Positions 8,395 to 17,399 of a DNA stretch of 61,572 bases are shown piece by piece. A program made the position numbers and the translations under genes. The notes below the pieces were generated by a model. It was not told the origin of the DNA and searched no databases. It was given only the letters and a program-made list of their open reading frames with translations. This stretch comes from a virus (taxonomy: Duplodnaviria > Caudoviricetes). Every line of letters starts with the position of its first letter. The first letter of the stretch is position 1. The stretch lies in IMG/VR virus record IMGVR_UViG_3300025836_000010, positions 1-61,572 of that record. One strand, 5' to 3'.

Positions 8395-9549
8395 CTACAG
8401 TATCGCGGCGATGATGTCCCTGACGCGATCCATAGTTTGCGGGTCGACATGCGAATACGTCGACTGCAGCACGCGCGACGAACTTTGACCGAGGATGCGG
8501 GACAGCTCCTCGTCCGGTATCAGCCCCCGCAGCCGGGTCGCATACGAGTGCCGGCAAACGTAGGGCGTGAGTCCCGCGAACTCGCTGCCCGCGATCAGCC
8601 TGCGCCACGCCAGCCGGAACGCCTGCACCGTCCATGGCCCGCCGGGGTTCTTACGCGGGTCCAGCGACGGGAACACGTAGCCGACCTCCGACCATCTGCC
8701 GAGCCGCAGCTTGTACTCGGATTGCCGGGCCTTGTGCGCCTTCAGCATGGAGATCAGGTTCGGCGGCAGGGGCACGTCCCGCTGGCCGCGCCTCGTCTTG
8801 GTCGTCTTCCGCCGCGGCTCCCGGCCCCGCGCCGCCTCGAGGTTGTGGTAGACGTGACAGGTGCCCGCCTTCGCGTCGATGTCCTGCCACAGTAGCGCCA
8901 TTGCCTCGCCGGGGCGGACTCCGGTGCCCAGCATGAACATGGTCGCGTCATGCACCTGCTGACGACGTTCGGTAGTCATGTGACCACAATCAGTAGTCGC
9001 CATGTGCCTCAGCAGCGCCTGGGCCTCGTCGGCGCTCAGTGCCCGCTTCTCCTGCGTGTCGATCTGCGGCTTGTCCCGCCGCCTCAGCGACGAGCAGGGG
9101 TTGCGGAACAGGAGGCCGTCGGTCGTGGCCTGGTCGAGAATCGTGGCAAGCAGATTGGCGACCTTACGAGCGGTGGTTCCGGACAGGCCCGCATCCGCGA
9201 GGTCGCCATGGAATGTGCGGACGACCATCGGCGTGATGTCGACGAGCTTGTAACCGCCGAGCCGGGGCGTGATGTGCGCGTCCAGTATGTAGGCGTGGTG
9301 TTGGTGGGTCTCCGGCGAGCCGCGGCGCAGTGATTCGGCGTACCAGTGATCGGTGTACTGTTCGAACTGTCCTGATTTCCCTGACAGTTGCCCCCTGTCG
9401 CGCTTGGTGAGCAGTTGCCGCTCCAGCCGCTTGGCTTCGGCCTCGGTGCCGTGGACGGTCCTCGAGATAGCCTGTCGCTTGCCGTCGGGGCGCGGGCTGG
9501 CGCGCAGACGGACGCGGTAGAGGCCGGGGGCTAGGCGGTGGACGCTCAC
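8395..9549 (-). CDS. int: tyrosine integrase
   Basis: N-terminal arm-binding-like domain (DGKRQAISRTVHGT), SAM-like domain, TGVRPGE, YVCRHSYAT, LGQSS, TYSH; GTGA-coupled start. Confidence 0.9.
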   Translation of the reverse strand: MSVHRLAPGLYRVRLRASPRPDGKRQAISRTVHGTEAEAKRLERQLLTKRDRGQLSGKSGQFEQYTDHWYAESLRRGSPETHQHHAYILDAHITPRLGGYKLVDITPMVVRTFHGDLADAGLSGTTARKVANLLATILDQATTDGLLFRNPCSSLRRRDKPQIDTQEKRALSADEAQALLRHMATTDCGHMTTERRQQVHDATMFMLGTGVRPGEAMALLWQDIDAKAGTCHVYHNLEAARGREPRRKTTKTRRGQRDVPLPPNLISMLKAHKARQSEYKLRLGRWSEVGYVFPSLDPRKNPGGPWTVQAFRLAWRRLIAGSEFAGLTPYVCRHSYATRLRGLIPDEELSRILGQSSSRVLQSTYSHVDPQTMDRVRDIIAAIL

Positions 9550-9833
9550 TTGGGCTTGTGCTTGGCAATTTCCTCTTCGGCCAAGTCGCGCCGTATCCAT
9601 TCCGTGCCAGTAGGACCCCGCAGAACGTGCCCGCGCTCAGCCTCGTATGCGCTCTTGTACTTGGCCGCGAGGCGGGCGAGGGCGAGGATGGCGGCGTCGT
9701 CAATCTCAATGATGTTGAGCGCATGTTGATGAGATGCCTTGGCGTCGTACCAACCACGGGACATGCCGACCTTTTCCGCCTCCGCACACTCCACGCCCGC
9801 CGCCTTGAGGACTTCTCTCGGATCGTCAGTCAT
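9546..9833 (-). CDS. small hypothetical protein (DDAAILALA variant of modular family)
   Basis: Coupled ORF in the int operon. Confidence 0.65.
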   Translation of the reverse strand: MTDDPREVLKAAGVECAEAEKVGMSRGWYDAKASHQHALNIIEIDDAAILALARLAAKYKSAYEAERGHVLRGPTGTEWIRRDLAEEEIAKHKPK

Positions 9834-9988
9834 CCCAGTCCTCCTACGGCTGCCATGACCGCCGCCTTTACCAGCTCCAGCGCCTGATTCTCCGTGAACC
9901 CGGCAGCCTGATAGGACAGGAACATTTCGTGAGCCGCGATGGCTCCCTCCATCATCGTCGAGATTGGGTCTTGGGGGCCGTCAGTCAT
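9830..9988 (-). CDS. small hypothetical protein
   Basis: MTDGPQD...AAGFTENQALEL; ATGA coupling. Confidence 0.6.
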   Translation of the reverse strand: MTDGPQDPISTMMEGAIAAHEMFLSYQAAGFTENQALELVKAAVMAAVGGLG

Positions 9989-10182
9989 CCCTGCACCGCC
10001 AGCGTCGTCTTCCACTTCTCGGGCGGAAAGACGCCGACCGCGAACGGGCGAACGAAGATGTCCACACGGGTGGGGAATTCCCCGGTGTCGATGTACTCGA
10101 TCTCGACGGCATCCGTCTTCCCGGCCTCGAGGATTTCGAGGTCCACTTTCGACTTGAACTCATGCCAGGTCACGTCAACCAC
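9985..10182 (-). CDS. hypothetical protein
   Basis: Coupled ORF in the int operon. Confidence 0.55.
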   Translation of the reverse strand: MVDVTWHEFKSKVDLEILEAGKTDAVEIEYIDTGEFPTRVDIFVRPFAVGVFPPEKWKTTLAVQG

Positions 10183-10199
10183 CCTTCCCGCTTATCCAT

Positions 10200-10424
10200 T
10201 CAGTCATCGTCGCGTCCGCCTGACATCTCAGCGATGGTGCGTTCGGCCATGAGCAAATTCCAACGGACGTGCTTGCGCTTCAGCATGGTCTCCAGTTCGT
10301 CGCGTTCCGCCTCCAGTTGGGCGATAGCGGGTTTGGCGTACATGTCGAGAATCGTCTCGTCACTCAATCCGCGTGAGTCCTCGAACACTTCATGGGCCTG
10401 CCCCACGTAGTCAACGCCCATCAT
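10200..10424 (-). CDS. small modular protein (AIAQLEAE family)
   Basis: ATG 6 nt after an extended -10 (TGC-TAGAAT), so likely leaderless. Confidence 0.65.
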   Translation of the reverse strand: MMGVDYVGQAHEVFEDSRGLSDETILDMYAKPAIAQLEAERDELETMLKRKHVRWNLLMAERTIAEMSGGRDDD

Positions 10425-10430
10425 GCCTCC

Positions 10431-10439
10431 ATTCTAGCA
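10431..10439 (-). promoter_or_regulatory. extended -10 promoter for the int operon, adjacent to an arm-type site
   Basis: TGCTAGAAT on the minus strand with ATG 6 nt downstream. Confidence 0.5.
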
Positions 10440-10440
10440 C

Positions 10441-10673
10441 AGTGTGTCATAATAGGTGTCACGCCGTTTTGCACGCCAAAGTGGCGAGTTACGGAAAGTA
10501 GGGATTTGCAGGTATTTGCGTGGTGGGCGACGTTGGAATTGAACCAACGACCTCGTGCTTGTCGAGCAGGCGTAAATGGTGCTCTCAGGCACGCTGAGCG
10601 TTTCGCCACGCACAAGATTTTGAGACTGGCGAATCTGCTAGGCTCGGTTAAGTGTGTCATTTTATGTGTCACG
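10441..10673. mobile_element. attP: tRNA-Val(GAC) 3' core flanked by integrase arm-type repeats
   Basis: Core 10521-~10568 reads TGCTCGACAAGCACGAGGTCGTTGGTTCAATTCCAACGTCGCCCACCA on minus; direct repeats AGTGTGTCAT-N5-GTGTCACG at 10441-10463 and 10651-10673 (20/23 identical). Confidence 0.85.
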
Positions 10674-11033
10674 GCTTCTGCTCGCCGCCTCGGCGCGGGC
10701 GCGGAGGTCGGCGGTTACTCGTATCACGAGTAGTTCGCATGTCGAGTCGTGCTGCGTCATTCCGCGACAGTAGGTACAGGGAAAATCGCTCTCTATCTCT
10801 GCCGGATCGGCATCAGCCTTACGAGCACGATCCTCCCACCCAGCCCGATTCTTCTCCTTCAGACTTGCCCACTCTTTGCAATCTAGGTTTGGGCAGCGAG
10901 GGAATGGGCGTCCTCCTAGCGCGGCCTCCAGCTCGGCGATGGCAGCGTCGGCGTATTTGACAACGGACGCGGCCTCCCTCGTTTCCGGTGGGTCGTCCTT
11001 CCACATCACGCGGTACTCCTCTACAGCGCTCAT
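10662..11033 (-). CDS. small modular protein (MSAVEEYR..ADAAIAELEA) with Cys-rich C-terminus
   Basis: Family motif; GAGG SD. Confidence 0.7.
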   Translation of the reverse strand: MSAVEEYRVMWKDDPPETREAASVVKYADAAIAELEAALGGRPFPRCPNLDCKEWASLKEKNRAGWEDRARKADADPAEIESDFPCTYCRGMTQHDSTCELLVIRVTADLRARAEAASRSRDT

Positions 11034-11108
11034 TCCTCGCCTCCATCGCGGTGCTGCTTGGTTAGCATCGTCCTGTCGCTCACGGCGTACCCCCCTGATT
11101 GATTGCGG

Positions 11109-11387
11109 TCATACCCCCGCCTCGTGTAGCGCGCAGCCATGCCCCGCCGGTGACGTGTCTGCATCGGGGAACACAATGTCGCCCCGGTGGCAGACGCCGT
11201 ATAAGCCGCCCATCATCTCGAATTGGTCCCGCCAGTAGCGGCAGTTGTCGCAGCGGAGTTCGGGAGCGGCGTCGACGACAGCGAGAATATCGGCGAGGTC
11301 TATCGAGCCGAGGTCGAATGCGTCCCTGAGCATGGCACCCGCTGCGTCCAGTTCCGCCCGCAGCGCGTCTGCGTCAATGAGCTTCAT
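11109..11387 (-). CDS. MKLIDADAL-type protein with CxxC..W..C domain
   Basis: GGAGG SD; paralog of the next gene. Confidence 0.75.
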   Translation of the reverse strand: MKLIDADALRAELDAAGAMLRDAFDLGSIDLADILAVVDAAPELRCDNCRYWRDQFEMMGGLYGVCHRGDIVFPDADTSPAGHGCALHEAGV

Positions 11388-11781
11388 ACGGCACCTCCCA
11401 GCGCCTCGGCAATCTCCCGCGCCGCCTCACCCGAGCGAATATCCGCCTTCCATTCAGGATGCTCCTGCCCGTACAGAATCCCGGCGCGGTAGGAGTCCTG
11501 CGCCAGGTCCAAGCACGGGCACGGGACCAACGCCTCGCCGCACATCGGGCATTTGGACGGGACGAGGCCGTGCGGGTTGTCGGCGGCGCAGGTGATGGAC
11601 GGGGCGGCGTCGAGGATGGTTATGGTGTCGGTCACGGCGACTCGATACGACGAGTTCTTCCACGGTCGCAGGTCGTCGCGCAGTTCGTCCAACTGCTCCC
11701 TGAGCGCGTCTGCGTCAATGAGCTTCATGCGGCACCTCCCAGCGCCTCTGCGATCTCCCGCGCCGCATACCCCGAGCGAAT
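11362..11781. repeat. 79-bp near-identical direct repeat spanning gene junctions (11362-11440 and 11703-11781)
   Basis: Both copies encode IRSG.AAREIAEALGGA.-stop/MKLIDADAL. Confidence 0.9.
11384..11728 (-). CDS. MKLIDADAL-type protein with Zn-ribbon
   Basis: GGAGG SD; ATGA coupling. Confidence 0.75.
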   Translation of the reverse strand: MKLIDADALREQLDELRDDLRPWKNSSYRVAVTDTITILDAAPSITCAADNPHGLVPSKCPMCGEALVPCPCLDLAQDSYRAGILYGQEHPEWKADIRSGEAAREIAEALGGAV

Positions 11782-12099
11782 CATCGCCCCCGTGTAGTGG
11801 AACACGGCCCAGCCCAGGCGCGAGGCGGCGTTGAACTTCTCGGCGTCGCGTTGGTAGCCGGCGCCGCGGACATGCCGGCCGCCGCTCCATGTTCCTCCGT
11901 CGCACTCGATTGCGATGAAGCGGCTGGGGTAGGCGAAGTCGAAGCGCCACTGGGGCGCTGGCTTGGTGGTGAATCGGTACTCACGCTCGGGCACCGGCAG
12001 GCCAAGTTTAGCAAGGTCTGCTAACAGGCGATCCTCCAGAGACGTGCGCTTCGCCTTCGCGATCAGCCGCTTGGCCTCGGCGGGGGTGACGGCGCTCAC
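11725..12099 (-). CDS. PD-(D/E)xK endonuclease (Vsr/DUF559-like)
   Basis: EYRF...WRFDFAYP...IAIECDGG.WSGGRHVRG.GY..D.EKFN.A..LGW. Confidence 0.8.
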   Translation of the reverse strand: MSAVTPAEAKRLIAKAKRTSLEDRLLADLAKLGLPVPEREYRFTTKPAPQWRFDFAYPSRFIAIECDGGTWSGGRHVRGAGYQRDAEKFNAASRLGWAVFHYTGAMIRSGYAAREIAEALGGAA

Positions 12100-12326
12100 T
12101 CCCCTACCTCCAGCACGTCGAACTCCTGCACGTCCTTGAGCATCCCCAGCAGGACCCTAACGAGCCCGTCCTTTGTGTCGGCGAAGAGGCCCATGGCGTT
12201 ATCAGTCCATGCGTCGCCGCCGTCTGCTCTCAGTCCCTCGTACACCTCGCGCACCTCGAACATGTCATCGGTTCGCCCGTCGGGCATTGTGATCGTGCGA
12301 TGGGTTGCCTGATAGCGCCGGGTCAA
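12096..12326 (-). CDS. hypothetical protein
   Basis: TTGA coupling. Confidence 0.6.
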   Translation of the reverse strand: MTRRYQATHRTITMPDGRTDDMFEVREVYEGLRADGGDAWTDNAMGLFADTKDGLVRVLLGMLKDVQEFDVLEVGE

Positions 12327-12679
12327 AAGGGCCTCATTTCTGCGTGGCGCTTCCTGTGATGTGGGAGGCACAGCACCGTGCACTTCGCGATCTCCTCACA
12401 GAGCGCGTTCAGGGAGTAGTTGTACATCCGGGAGACTTGGTACTTCTTTGTATCCGGGTCAAGATGATGATGTTCGAACTTTCCCTCGTGTGTACCGCAA
12501 TCGTCGCAACCTTGGGTCCGCCTCAGGATGTTGAGGTTAGCCGTGAACCATCGTTGCCGCCTGGCATCTTTCTCGCGTATCTCCTCGCGGTGCGATGAAT
12601 TGTAGGCGGCCTGGTAGGCAAGTCTCTCGTCGCGGTTCTCTTGGTACCAAGCCGCCTGGTAGACCCGCTTGGTCGTCAC
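12323..12679 (-). CDS. HNH-family endonuclease
   Basis: CDDCG...FEHHHLDP..K...EIAKCTVLCLPHH. Confidence 0.8.
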   Translation of the reverse strand: MTTKRVYQAAWYQENRDERLAYQAAYNSSHREEIREKDARRQRWFTANLNILRRTQGCDDCGTHEGKFEHHHLDPDTKKYQVSRMYNYSLNALCEEIAKCTVLCLPHHRKRHAEMRPF

Positions 12680-12710
12680 TGTGTCACCTCCGGTAGTTGT
12701 CTGGTTGTGG

Positions 12711-12884
12711 TCAAAATGGCGTTTTCAGTTTCGGGTAGTGGGGAAACACCCAGCGACGATCCGACCGGCGGCTCTGGTAGTGCAGCCGCGGAATCCCGGG
12801 CCACAGGAACAGCATCCAGAAGCGGCTGCCGATGTCGAACACGATTTGTCCGCCGTAGCGGTGCAGGTCCAGGCGGAAGCTCAA
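12711..12884 (-). CDS. hypothetical protein
   Basis: TTGA coupling. Confidence 0.45.
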   Translation of the reverse strand: MSFRLDLHRYGGQIVFDIGSRFWMLFLWPGIPRLHYQSRRSDRRWVFPHYPKLKTPF

Positions 12885-13249
12885 AACTCCCCCTCCCACA
12901 CGCAGTCGAAGCAGACGCCAGGTCCGCCGACCGTGCCGGCGACCAGGTGCGAGCCGCATTCCGGGCAGGCCCATTCGCGCTGCGCCTCTTCGGCGCTCGT
13001 CTCGCGGCACTTCTTCAATACCAGCGCCACGGGAGGCAGTTCCATCTCGTCGCGGATCAGGGCCGCGATGGCGTTGCGCGTCACCTGCGGCGTGACCCCT
13101 GACTGCATGAGTGCCATCACGTACACCGTCTCACTGTCCTGCCGCCAGCTCGCACGCGGGAAGGCGGCGCCGAGCATCCTGACTGCCTGTAGGAGTTCCT
13201 TCGGTTCCGTCGTCTTCTGCTGTACCAATCTGGTCATGCTCATCTCCAA
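12881..13249 (-). CDS. putative helicase loader/inhibitor-like protein with Zn-ribbon
   Basis: Position after the initiator; LGAAFP...ELPPVA..L; CPECG...CFDC. Confidence 0.55.
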   Translation of the reverse strand: MEMSMTRLVQQKTTEPKELLQAVRMLGAAFPRASWRQDSETVYVMALMQSGVTPQVTRNAIAALIRDEMELPPVALVLKKCRETSAEEAQREWACPECGSHLVAGTVGGPGVCFDCVWEGEF

Positions 13250-14063
13250 TCAGACCGAAGGCTTGCGCCCCGGCGTCGAGAACGTCAGTGAGGTTTCCAG
13301 TAGTGCGTTGCTCCGGAAGGTAGTTCGCCGGCGGCCCATCCGCCCAGTCCTCCCAGCGTCGCTGGTTGAGGAATGTCGACGGGTGTGGACAGAACGTCTT
13401 CTCCTGCCAGCCGCGGTCGACGCAATCGCGCATGGACTCGGCGGCGGCGGCGGCGGCGGCGCGCACCTTTTTTGGTACACGCTTCCACGCCCGGCGTGCT
13501 ACCTGCTTCGATTCCTTGCGAGGGTAGGGTGTCCAGAAGAGGTCGAAGTCGTCAGGAGGGGTTGATTCGATATCGTTCGATTCGGCAGAATCGGACAATA
13601 GTTCTTGATCTTGTTCTTTCTTAGTCTTAGTCTTAATCTCCGCGCGAGGGTAATGTGTATGTAACGGTGATGTAACTGTTACCGAATCGCCCTGAGCAGG
13701 CTTTTCTCTGTGCCGAGCCACACGCCGCGCATTGTCGGCCCGTTCGGCAAACAGCGCGCCGCCCCAGTCAATCCAGTCGTGAATGAACAGGCGGTCGCCT
13801 TCGTAGCAGAGGAATCCTGTGTCAAGAAGTGATGTAACCATTACGTCACCGTTACCACTCCACCCCACGGCCCGGGCCAGTGCCCGATGCTTGAATCGCG
13901 AGATATCTCCATCGGGGGCATCGGTGAAGGCCATGCGCCACAAGCCAGAGAGGAGTCCGTCGACGAGGATCGGCGTGCTGTCGAGCTCGGCGACGAGGTC
14001 GTGGAACGCGGGATGCGAGCGCAGGGATGGGTCCGTCTTCTGCCACTTCTTCTCTGGCTTCAT
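13131..14063 (-). CDS. phage replication initiator protein
   Basis: N-terminal wHTH-like domain (LFIHDW), low-complexity linker, C-terminal FDLFWTPYPRKESK...PHPSTFLNQRRWED. Confidence 0.8.
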   Translation of the reverse strand: MKPEKKWQKTDPSLRSHPAFHDLVAELDSTPILVDGLLSGLWRMAFTDAPDGDISRFKHRALARAVGWSGNGDVMVTSLLDTGFLCYEGDRLFIHDWIDWGGALFAERADNARRVARHREKPAQGDSVTVTSPLHTHYPRAEIKTKTKKEQDQELLSDSAESNDIESTPPDDFDLFWTPYPRKESKQVARRAWKRVPKKVRAAAAAAAESMRDCVDRGWQEKTFCPHPSTFLNQRRWEDWADGPPANYLPEQRTTGNLTDVLDAGAQAFGLIGDEHDQIGTAEDDGTEGTPTGSQDARRRLPACELAAGQ

Positions 14064-14455
14064 CCTTGCGCCCTCAACGCCAGCAACTCTGCCCCGCAGC
14101 GCATGCAGGACCGATGGCTCGCGACAAACTCCTCTGCCGTGCCGAAGAATACGGGGAGCGACATTGTCTCTGCCGCGGCAGCCTCACCCTCGGCCCCATT
14201 GGACAATCCCAGGAGCCTCAGCACGAGGTCGCAGCGACGCATGAGGCGCACGTCGTACTCGTACCAATAGTCGACGTTGTGGGGATGCAAGAGGTGTGTG
14301 AATAGCGAGAGGTGGGGGACGATGACGACGTACCCAGCGGCGACCAGGGTTTCCCCCGCGTCAATCGCCGCTCGCGTGTTCACAACCGGGTCGGGATGCG
14401 TGTAGGGGCCAGAGACGAATACCCATGCGTCGAATCCACAGGCGGAGCAAGTCAA
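14060..14455 (-). CDS. DUF1937/DUF4406-like protein (nucleoside deoxyribosyltransferase-like fold)
   Basis: VFVSGPYT...PHL...RCDLVLRL.G.S.GA..E. Confidence 0.75.
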   Translation of the reverse strand: MTCSACGFDAWVFVSGPYTHPDPVVNTRAAIDAGETLVAAGYVVIVPHLSLFTHLLHPHNVDYWYEYDVRLMRRCDLVLRLLGLSNGAEGEAAAAETMSLPVFFGTAEEFVASHRSCMRCGAELLALRAQG

Positions 14456-14700
14456 AGCAACTCCCCGTCTACCGCTCGCCCGATGTCGCACAGCGCCCGC
14501 TCGAGGCTGCGCAGGCGGGTGATGATCTCGTTACACTGGTCGTGAAATGGGCAATCGACTCTCAATTCTTGAGGGTTAGTGACTACAGGTTGAGGCTCAA
14601 CGTCACTGAGCCTAACGTAGTGTTCGCAGGCGCGCAGGTCTTGGCCCACTGAGTCGCAAAAGGCGGGGTCTTCGAAGCATGTCATGCAGGTCTGGGTCAC
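14452..14700 (-). CDS. small Cys-rich hypothetical protein
   Basis: GGAGG SD; GTG start. Confidence 0.6.
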   Translation of the reverse strand: MTQTCMTCFEDPAFCDSVGQDLRACEHYVRLSDVEPQPVVTNPQELRVDCPFHDQCNEIITRLRSLERALCDIGRAVDGELL

Positions 14701-14755
14701 GATATTCCTCCGTGGTTCGTTTCATCATGGCGCGCAGCGGTGGCGACGGAGGCGC

Positions 14756-15757
14756 TCACGTCGTCACCGCCAGTTGCATCTGATCCCGGTGCGGTGCGAT
14801 CCGCCGCTCGGCCATCTCGGCGTACTCCGGGTTCAGTTCGATGCCGACGAAGTTGCGGCCGAGGCGACAGGCGACCACGCCCGTGGTGCCGCTGCCGGCG
14901 AAGAAGTCGGCGACGGTGCCGCCAACGGGGCGGCCCGCCAGTACGCACGGCTCGACCAGCTTCTCGGGGTAGGTGGCGAAGTGAGCCTCGGGGTACGGCT
15001 GCGTGGCGATGGTCCAGACATCTCGCTTGTTCCGCGTCGCAGGTGGCGGGCCCGAGAAGTACCGTTCGTTGAAGCCCGCGTGTCGTCTGCCGTGGCCATC
15101 CTGCTTCGTCTGACCGGGTACGTCGGTACGAGGTGAACCCGTCACGTCATGCCACGAGCGGCCGTCAGTGGGTTCGGCTATGGCGTCGGAATCGTAGTAG
15201 TAGCGCGCCTTCTTCGTGAGCATGAAGAGGTACTCGTGGCTCGACGTGCATCGGTCCCGCACGCTCTCGGGCATACACGAGGTTTTGGCCCAGATGATGT
15301 CGCTGCGTAGGTACCAGCCGTCGTCGCGAAGGGCGAGCGCGACCGTCCACGGTATCCCGACCAGGTCCTTGGGCTTGAGGCCAGCGACGATTGTGTTGCG
15401 CTTCGTTCCCGCACCAGAGTCCATCGTCTTCTGGTAGCGCGCAGAGTTGCGCCCCCCATGCAGCCCGGTCGTTTCCGGCGTGAACCCCTTGCCGTTGCCC
15501 GGTGGTGTACTCGCATACGAATCGCCGAGGTTGAGCCACAGCGTGCCGTCGTCTCGAAGGATTCTGCGCACCTCGCGGAACACGGCGACCATGTTGGCGA
15601 CGTAGAGTTCGGGGGTGGGTTCGAGGCCGAATTGCCCGTCTGTGCCGTAGTCGCGCAGCCCCCAGTACGGCGGGCTGGTCACGACGCAGTTGACGGACCC
15701 GGCTTCGAGCGTCGGCAGGATGTCGAGCACGTTGCCGACGTGGACGATGGCGCTCAC
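14756..15757 (-). CDS. beta-class N4/N6 DNA methyltransferase
   Basis: VTSPPYWG, IIWAK, HFATYP, DFFAGSGTT, GIELNPEY. Confidence 0.92.
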   Translation of the reverse strand: MSAIVHVGNVLDILPTLEAGSVNCVVTSPPYWGLRDYGTDGQFGLEPTPELYVANMVAVFREVRRILRDDGTLWLNLGDSYASTPPGNGKGFTPETTGLHGGRNSARYQKTMDSGAGTKRNTIVAGLKPKDLVGIPWTVALALRDDGWYLRSDIIWAKTSCMPESVRDRCTSSHEYLFMLTKKARYYYDSDAIAEPTDGRSWHDVTGSPRTDVPGQTKQDGHGRRHAGFNERYFSGPPPATRNKRDVWTIATQPYPEAHFATYPEKLVEPCVLAGRPVGGTVADFFAGSGTTGVVACRLGRNFVGIELNPEYAEMAERRIAPHRDQMQLAVTT

Positions 15758-16197
15758 GCCGTCATCTCCATCTGCCCGAACTCCCCCAGTATCTCGAGGC
15801 AGCCCGCATGCACCCGCCGCTCCCAGCACGGCGAGCAGTAGACGCCCCCCTGCAGGATGTGGTCGCGGGCCAGGTACGCGACGCAGCCCGGCGTGCCACA
15901 GCGGATCGGTGGCAGCGGTACCCGCGGATGGATACCGAAGTCGGGGTCGAACTCCAGCAGGCACGGACACGGCCTCATGGTGGTCATCACGTACATGCCG
16001 CCGCGGTGCGACCCCGGCTGGTTCACGTTCACGATGCGGAACCCGTCCGCGACCAGTGCCCCGAGCGCCTTGTGTATCTGGCGACGCGCCGACCCTCCCC
16101 ACTCCATGCCGGCCAGTTCGGCCAGCGCGAATGTGGTGCAGGGACGGGTCGAGAGTGCGGCGACGATGGTGGTGCGGAGGTAGGCGGATGCGCTCAC
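15754..16197 (-). CDS. winged-HTH plus Cys-rich hypothetical regulator
   Basis: GTGA coupling; TTFALAELAG...RRQIHKAL; CGTPGC...CSPC. Confidence 0.6.
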   Translation of the reverse strand: MSASAYLRTTIVAALSTRPCTTFALAELAGMEWGGSARRQIHKALGALVADGFRIVNVNQPGSHRGGMYVMTTMRPCPCLLEFDPDFGIHPRVPLPPIRCGTPGCVAYLARDHILQGGVYCSPCWERRVHAGCLEILGEFGQMEMTA

Positions 16198-16397
16198 AGC
16201 TCCCCCTCGTGGACCGCTAGGCACCCCTTGCAGATGTACCTCGGCCGACAATCGGTTGCCTCCGCCGAGTGTCCGAGAATCGGCAGGCCGCAGCAGGTGA
16301 GGCGATGCTTCTCGGCCAGGGTCCACTCCCATACGTCGGAGCGAACGTGCCAAACACTGCCGCCGGGGCGCTGGTGTACGAATGTCGCGGCGGTCAC
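16194..16397 (-). CDS. small Zn-binding hypothetical protein
   Basis: WH...CCG...CKGC; coupled. Confidence 0.6.
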   Translation of the reverse strand: MTAATFVHQRPGGSVWHVRSDVWEWTLAEKHRLTCCGLPILGHSAEATDCRPRYICKGCLAVHEGEL

Positions 16398-16606
16398 TCC
16401 GTCCCCCTCTCGGCCAGTGCTTGGATGGCAATGCGGTGCGCGGACCCAGGGGTGGTCGACTGAATCGCAACGAGGGCAGTCCTCAGCCGCTCAACCTCCG
16501 CTTCAGCCAACTCAGCCCTCATCACGGCGTTCTTGAATAGACGTTCATCAGTGAAGTAGGGATTGAGAACGGCTTCCTCCGTGGGGCCTCTGTCGATTCT
16601 GCTCAC
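16394..16606 (-). CDS. small modular protein; C-terminus shared with 59271..59480
   Basis: RLRTALVAIQSTTPGSAHRIAIQALAER. Confidence 0.7.
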   Translation of the reverse strand: MSRIDRGPTEEAVLNPYFTDERLFKNAVMRAELAEAEVERLRTALVAIQSTTPGSAHRIAIQALAERGTE

Positions 16607-17151
16607 GAGTTCCCCCTAGCTTTGTATTCAGCACGGGTCATCCCGTAGGTTTTGATGTGGTAGCGGTCGTTGCGCTTCTTCCGCTCGCAGACGCGGCATG
16701 TCGAGTTGTGTATGCCGCCGAGGCGGAATGTGAAGTTATCGCCAGTCGCAGGCTTCAATGCTCCACAGGCGCTGCACTTGACCATGCGCAGGCAGCCGCG
16801 CACCGCCCCGGCCGCCGCCTTCGCCCTGTCGGCGCGGTCCGAGACGCGCTTCTGTTTGGCCTCGCACCTGAGGCACGTGGTGGCACGCTCGTCAGGTGTC
16901 AGCCGCCGGAACGCCTTCTCGGCGTCCAGCCGGCCGCACGTGTCGCAGACGATGAACCGTATCCCGAGGTAGACCATGAAGTCCGGCGCCGGCTTGTGCA
17001 GTTCGCACGTCGTGCCGCCGTTGTACCGGCTCAGGATCGTCTTGCATCCGTCATGGCAGCAGCGGCGGCCGGCGGCGTATGTCTTGACCCAGTTCGCGGT
17101 GACGTTCCAGTCGTCGATGGACCAGCGGGCGTTGCGGGTGTCGTCGGTCAT
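16603..17151 (-). CDS. multi-Zn-finger hypothetical protein
   Basis: Several CxxC pairs. Confidence 0.65.
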   Translation of the reverse strand: MTDDTRNARWSIDDWNVTANWVKTYAAGRRCCHDGCKTILSRYNGGTTCELHKPAPDFMVYLGIRFIVCDTCGRLDAEKAFRRLTPDERATTCLRCEAKQKRVSDRADRAKAAAGAVRGCLRMVKCSACGALKPATGDNFTFRLGGIHNSTCRVCERKKRNDRYHIKTYGMTRAEYKARGNS

Positions 17152-17399
17152 CCCTCGACCAACTTCCGCACGCTGGAAGTCGACACCAGGAACCCAGGCA
17201 CGTCCTCAATCCGCCGCAGTTTCCCGGCCTTGACGAGCCTCTTGACCGTGGCTGCGGAGGAGTAACCAAGCTCGACCGCTGTTTGCTCGATGGTCATGGT
17301 CGCTGGCAGTATCGCCCAGTGGTCGATCTGGACGATGACGTTCGGACCGCCGGGGGCCGCGCCGGCTACGGCTTCGCGGAGGAGGGAGCGGGCGGTCAC
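17148..17399 (-). CDS. excisionase-like HTH protein
   Basis: MTIEQTAVELGYSSAATVKRLVKAGKL; GGAGG SD. Confidence 0.7.
   Translation of the reverse strand: MTARSLLREAVAGAAPGGPNVIVQIDHWAILPATMTIEQTAVELGYSSAATVKRLVKAGKLRRIEDVPGFLVSTSSVRKLVEG

Noticed and set aside
10521-10600. Complete tRNA-Val gene
   Set aside because: The 5' acceptor strand and D-arm are missing, so it is interpreted as the attP core.
16397-16406. Sixth copy of the promoter motif (CTCCGTCCCC)
   Set aside because: It is partial, in the opposite orientation, inside a coding end, and has no -10 at the fixed distance.
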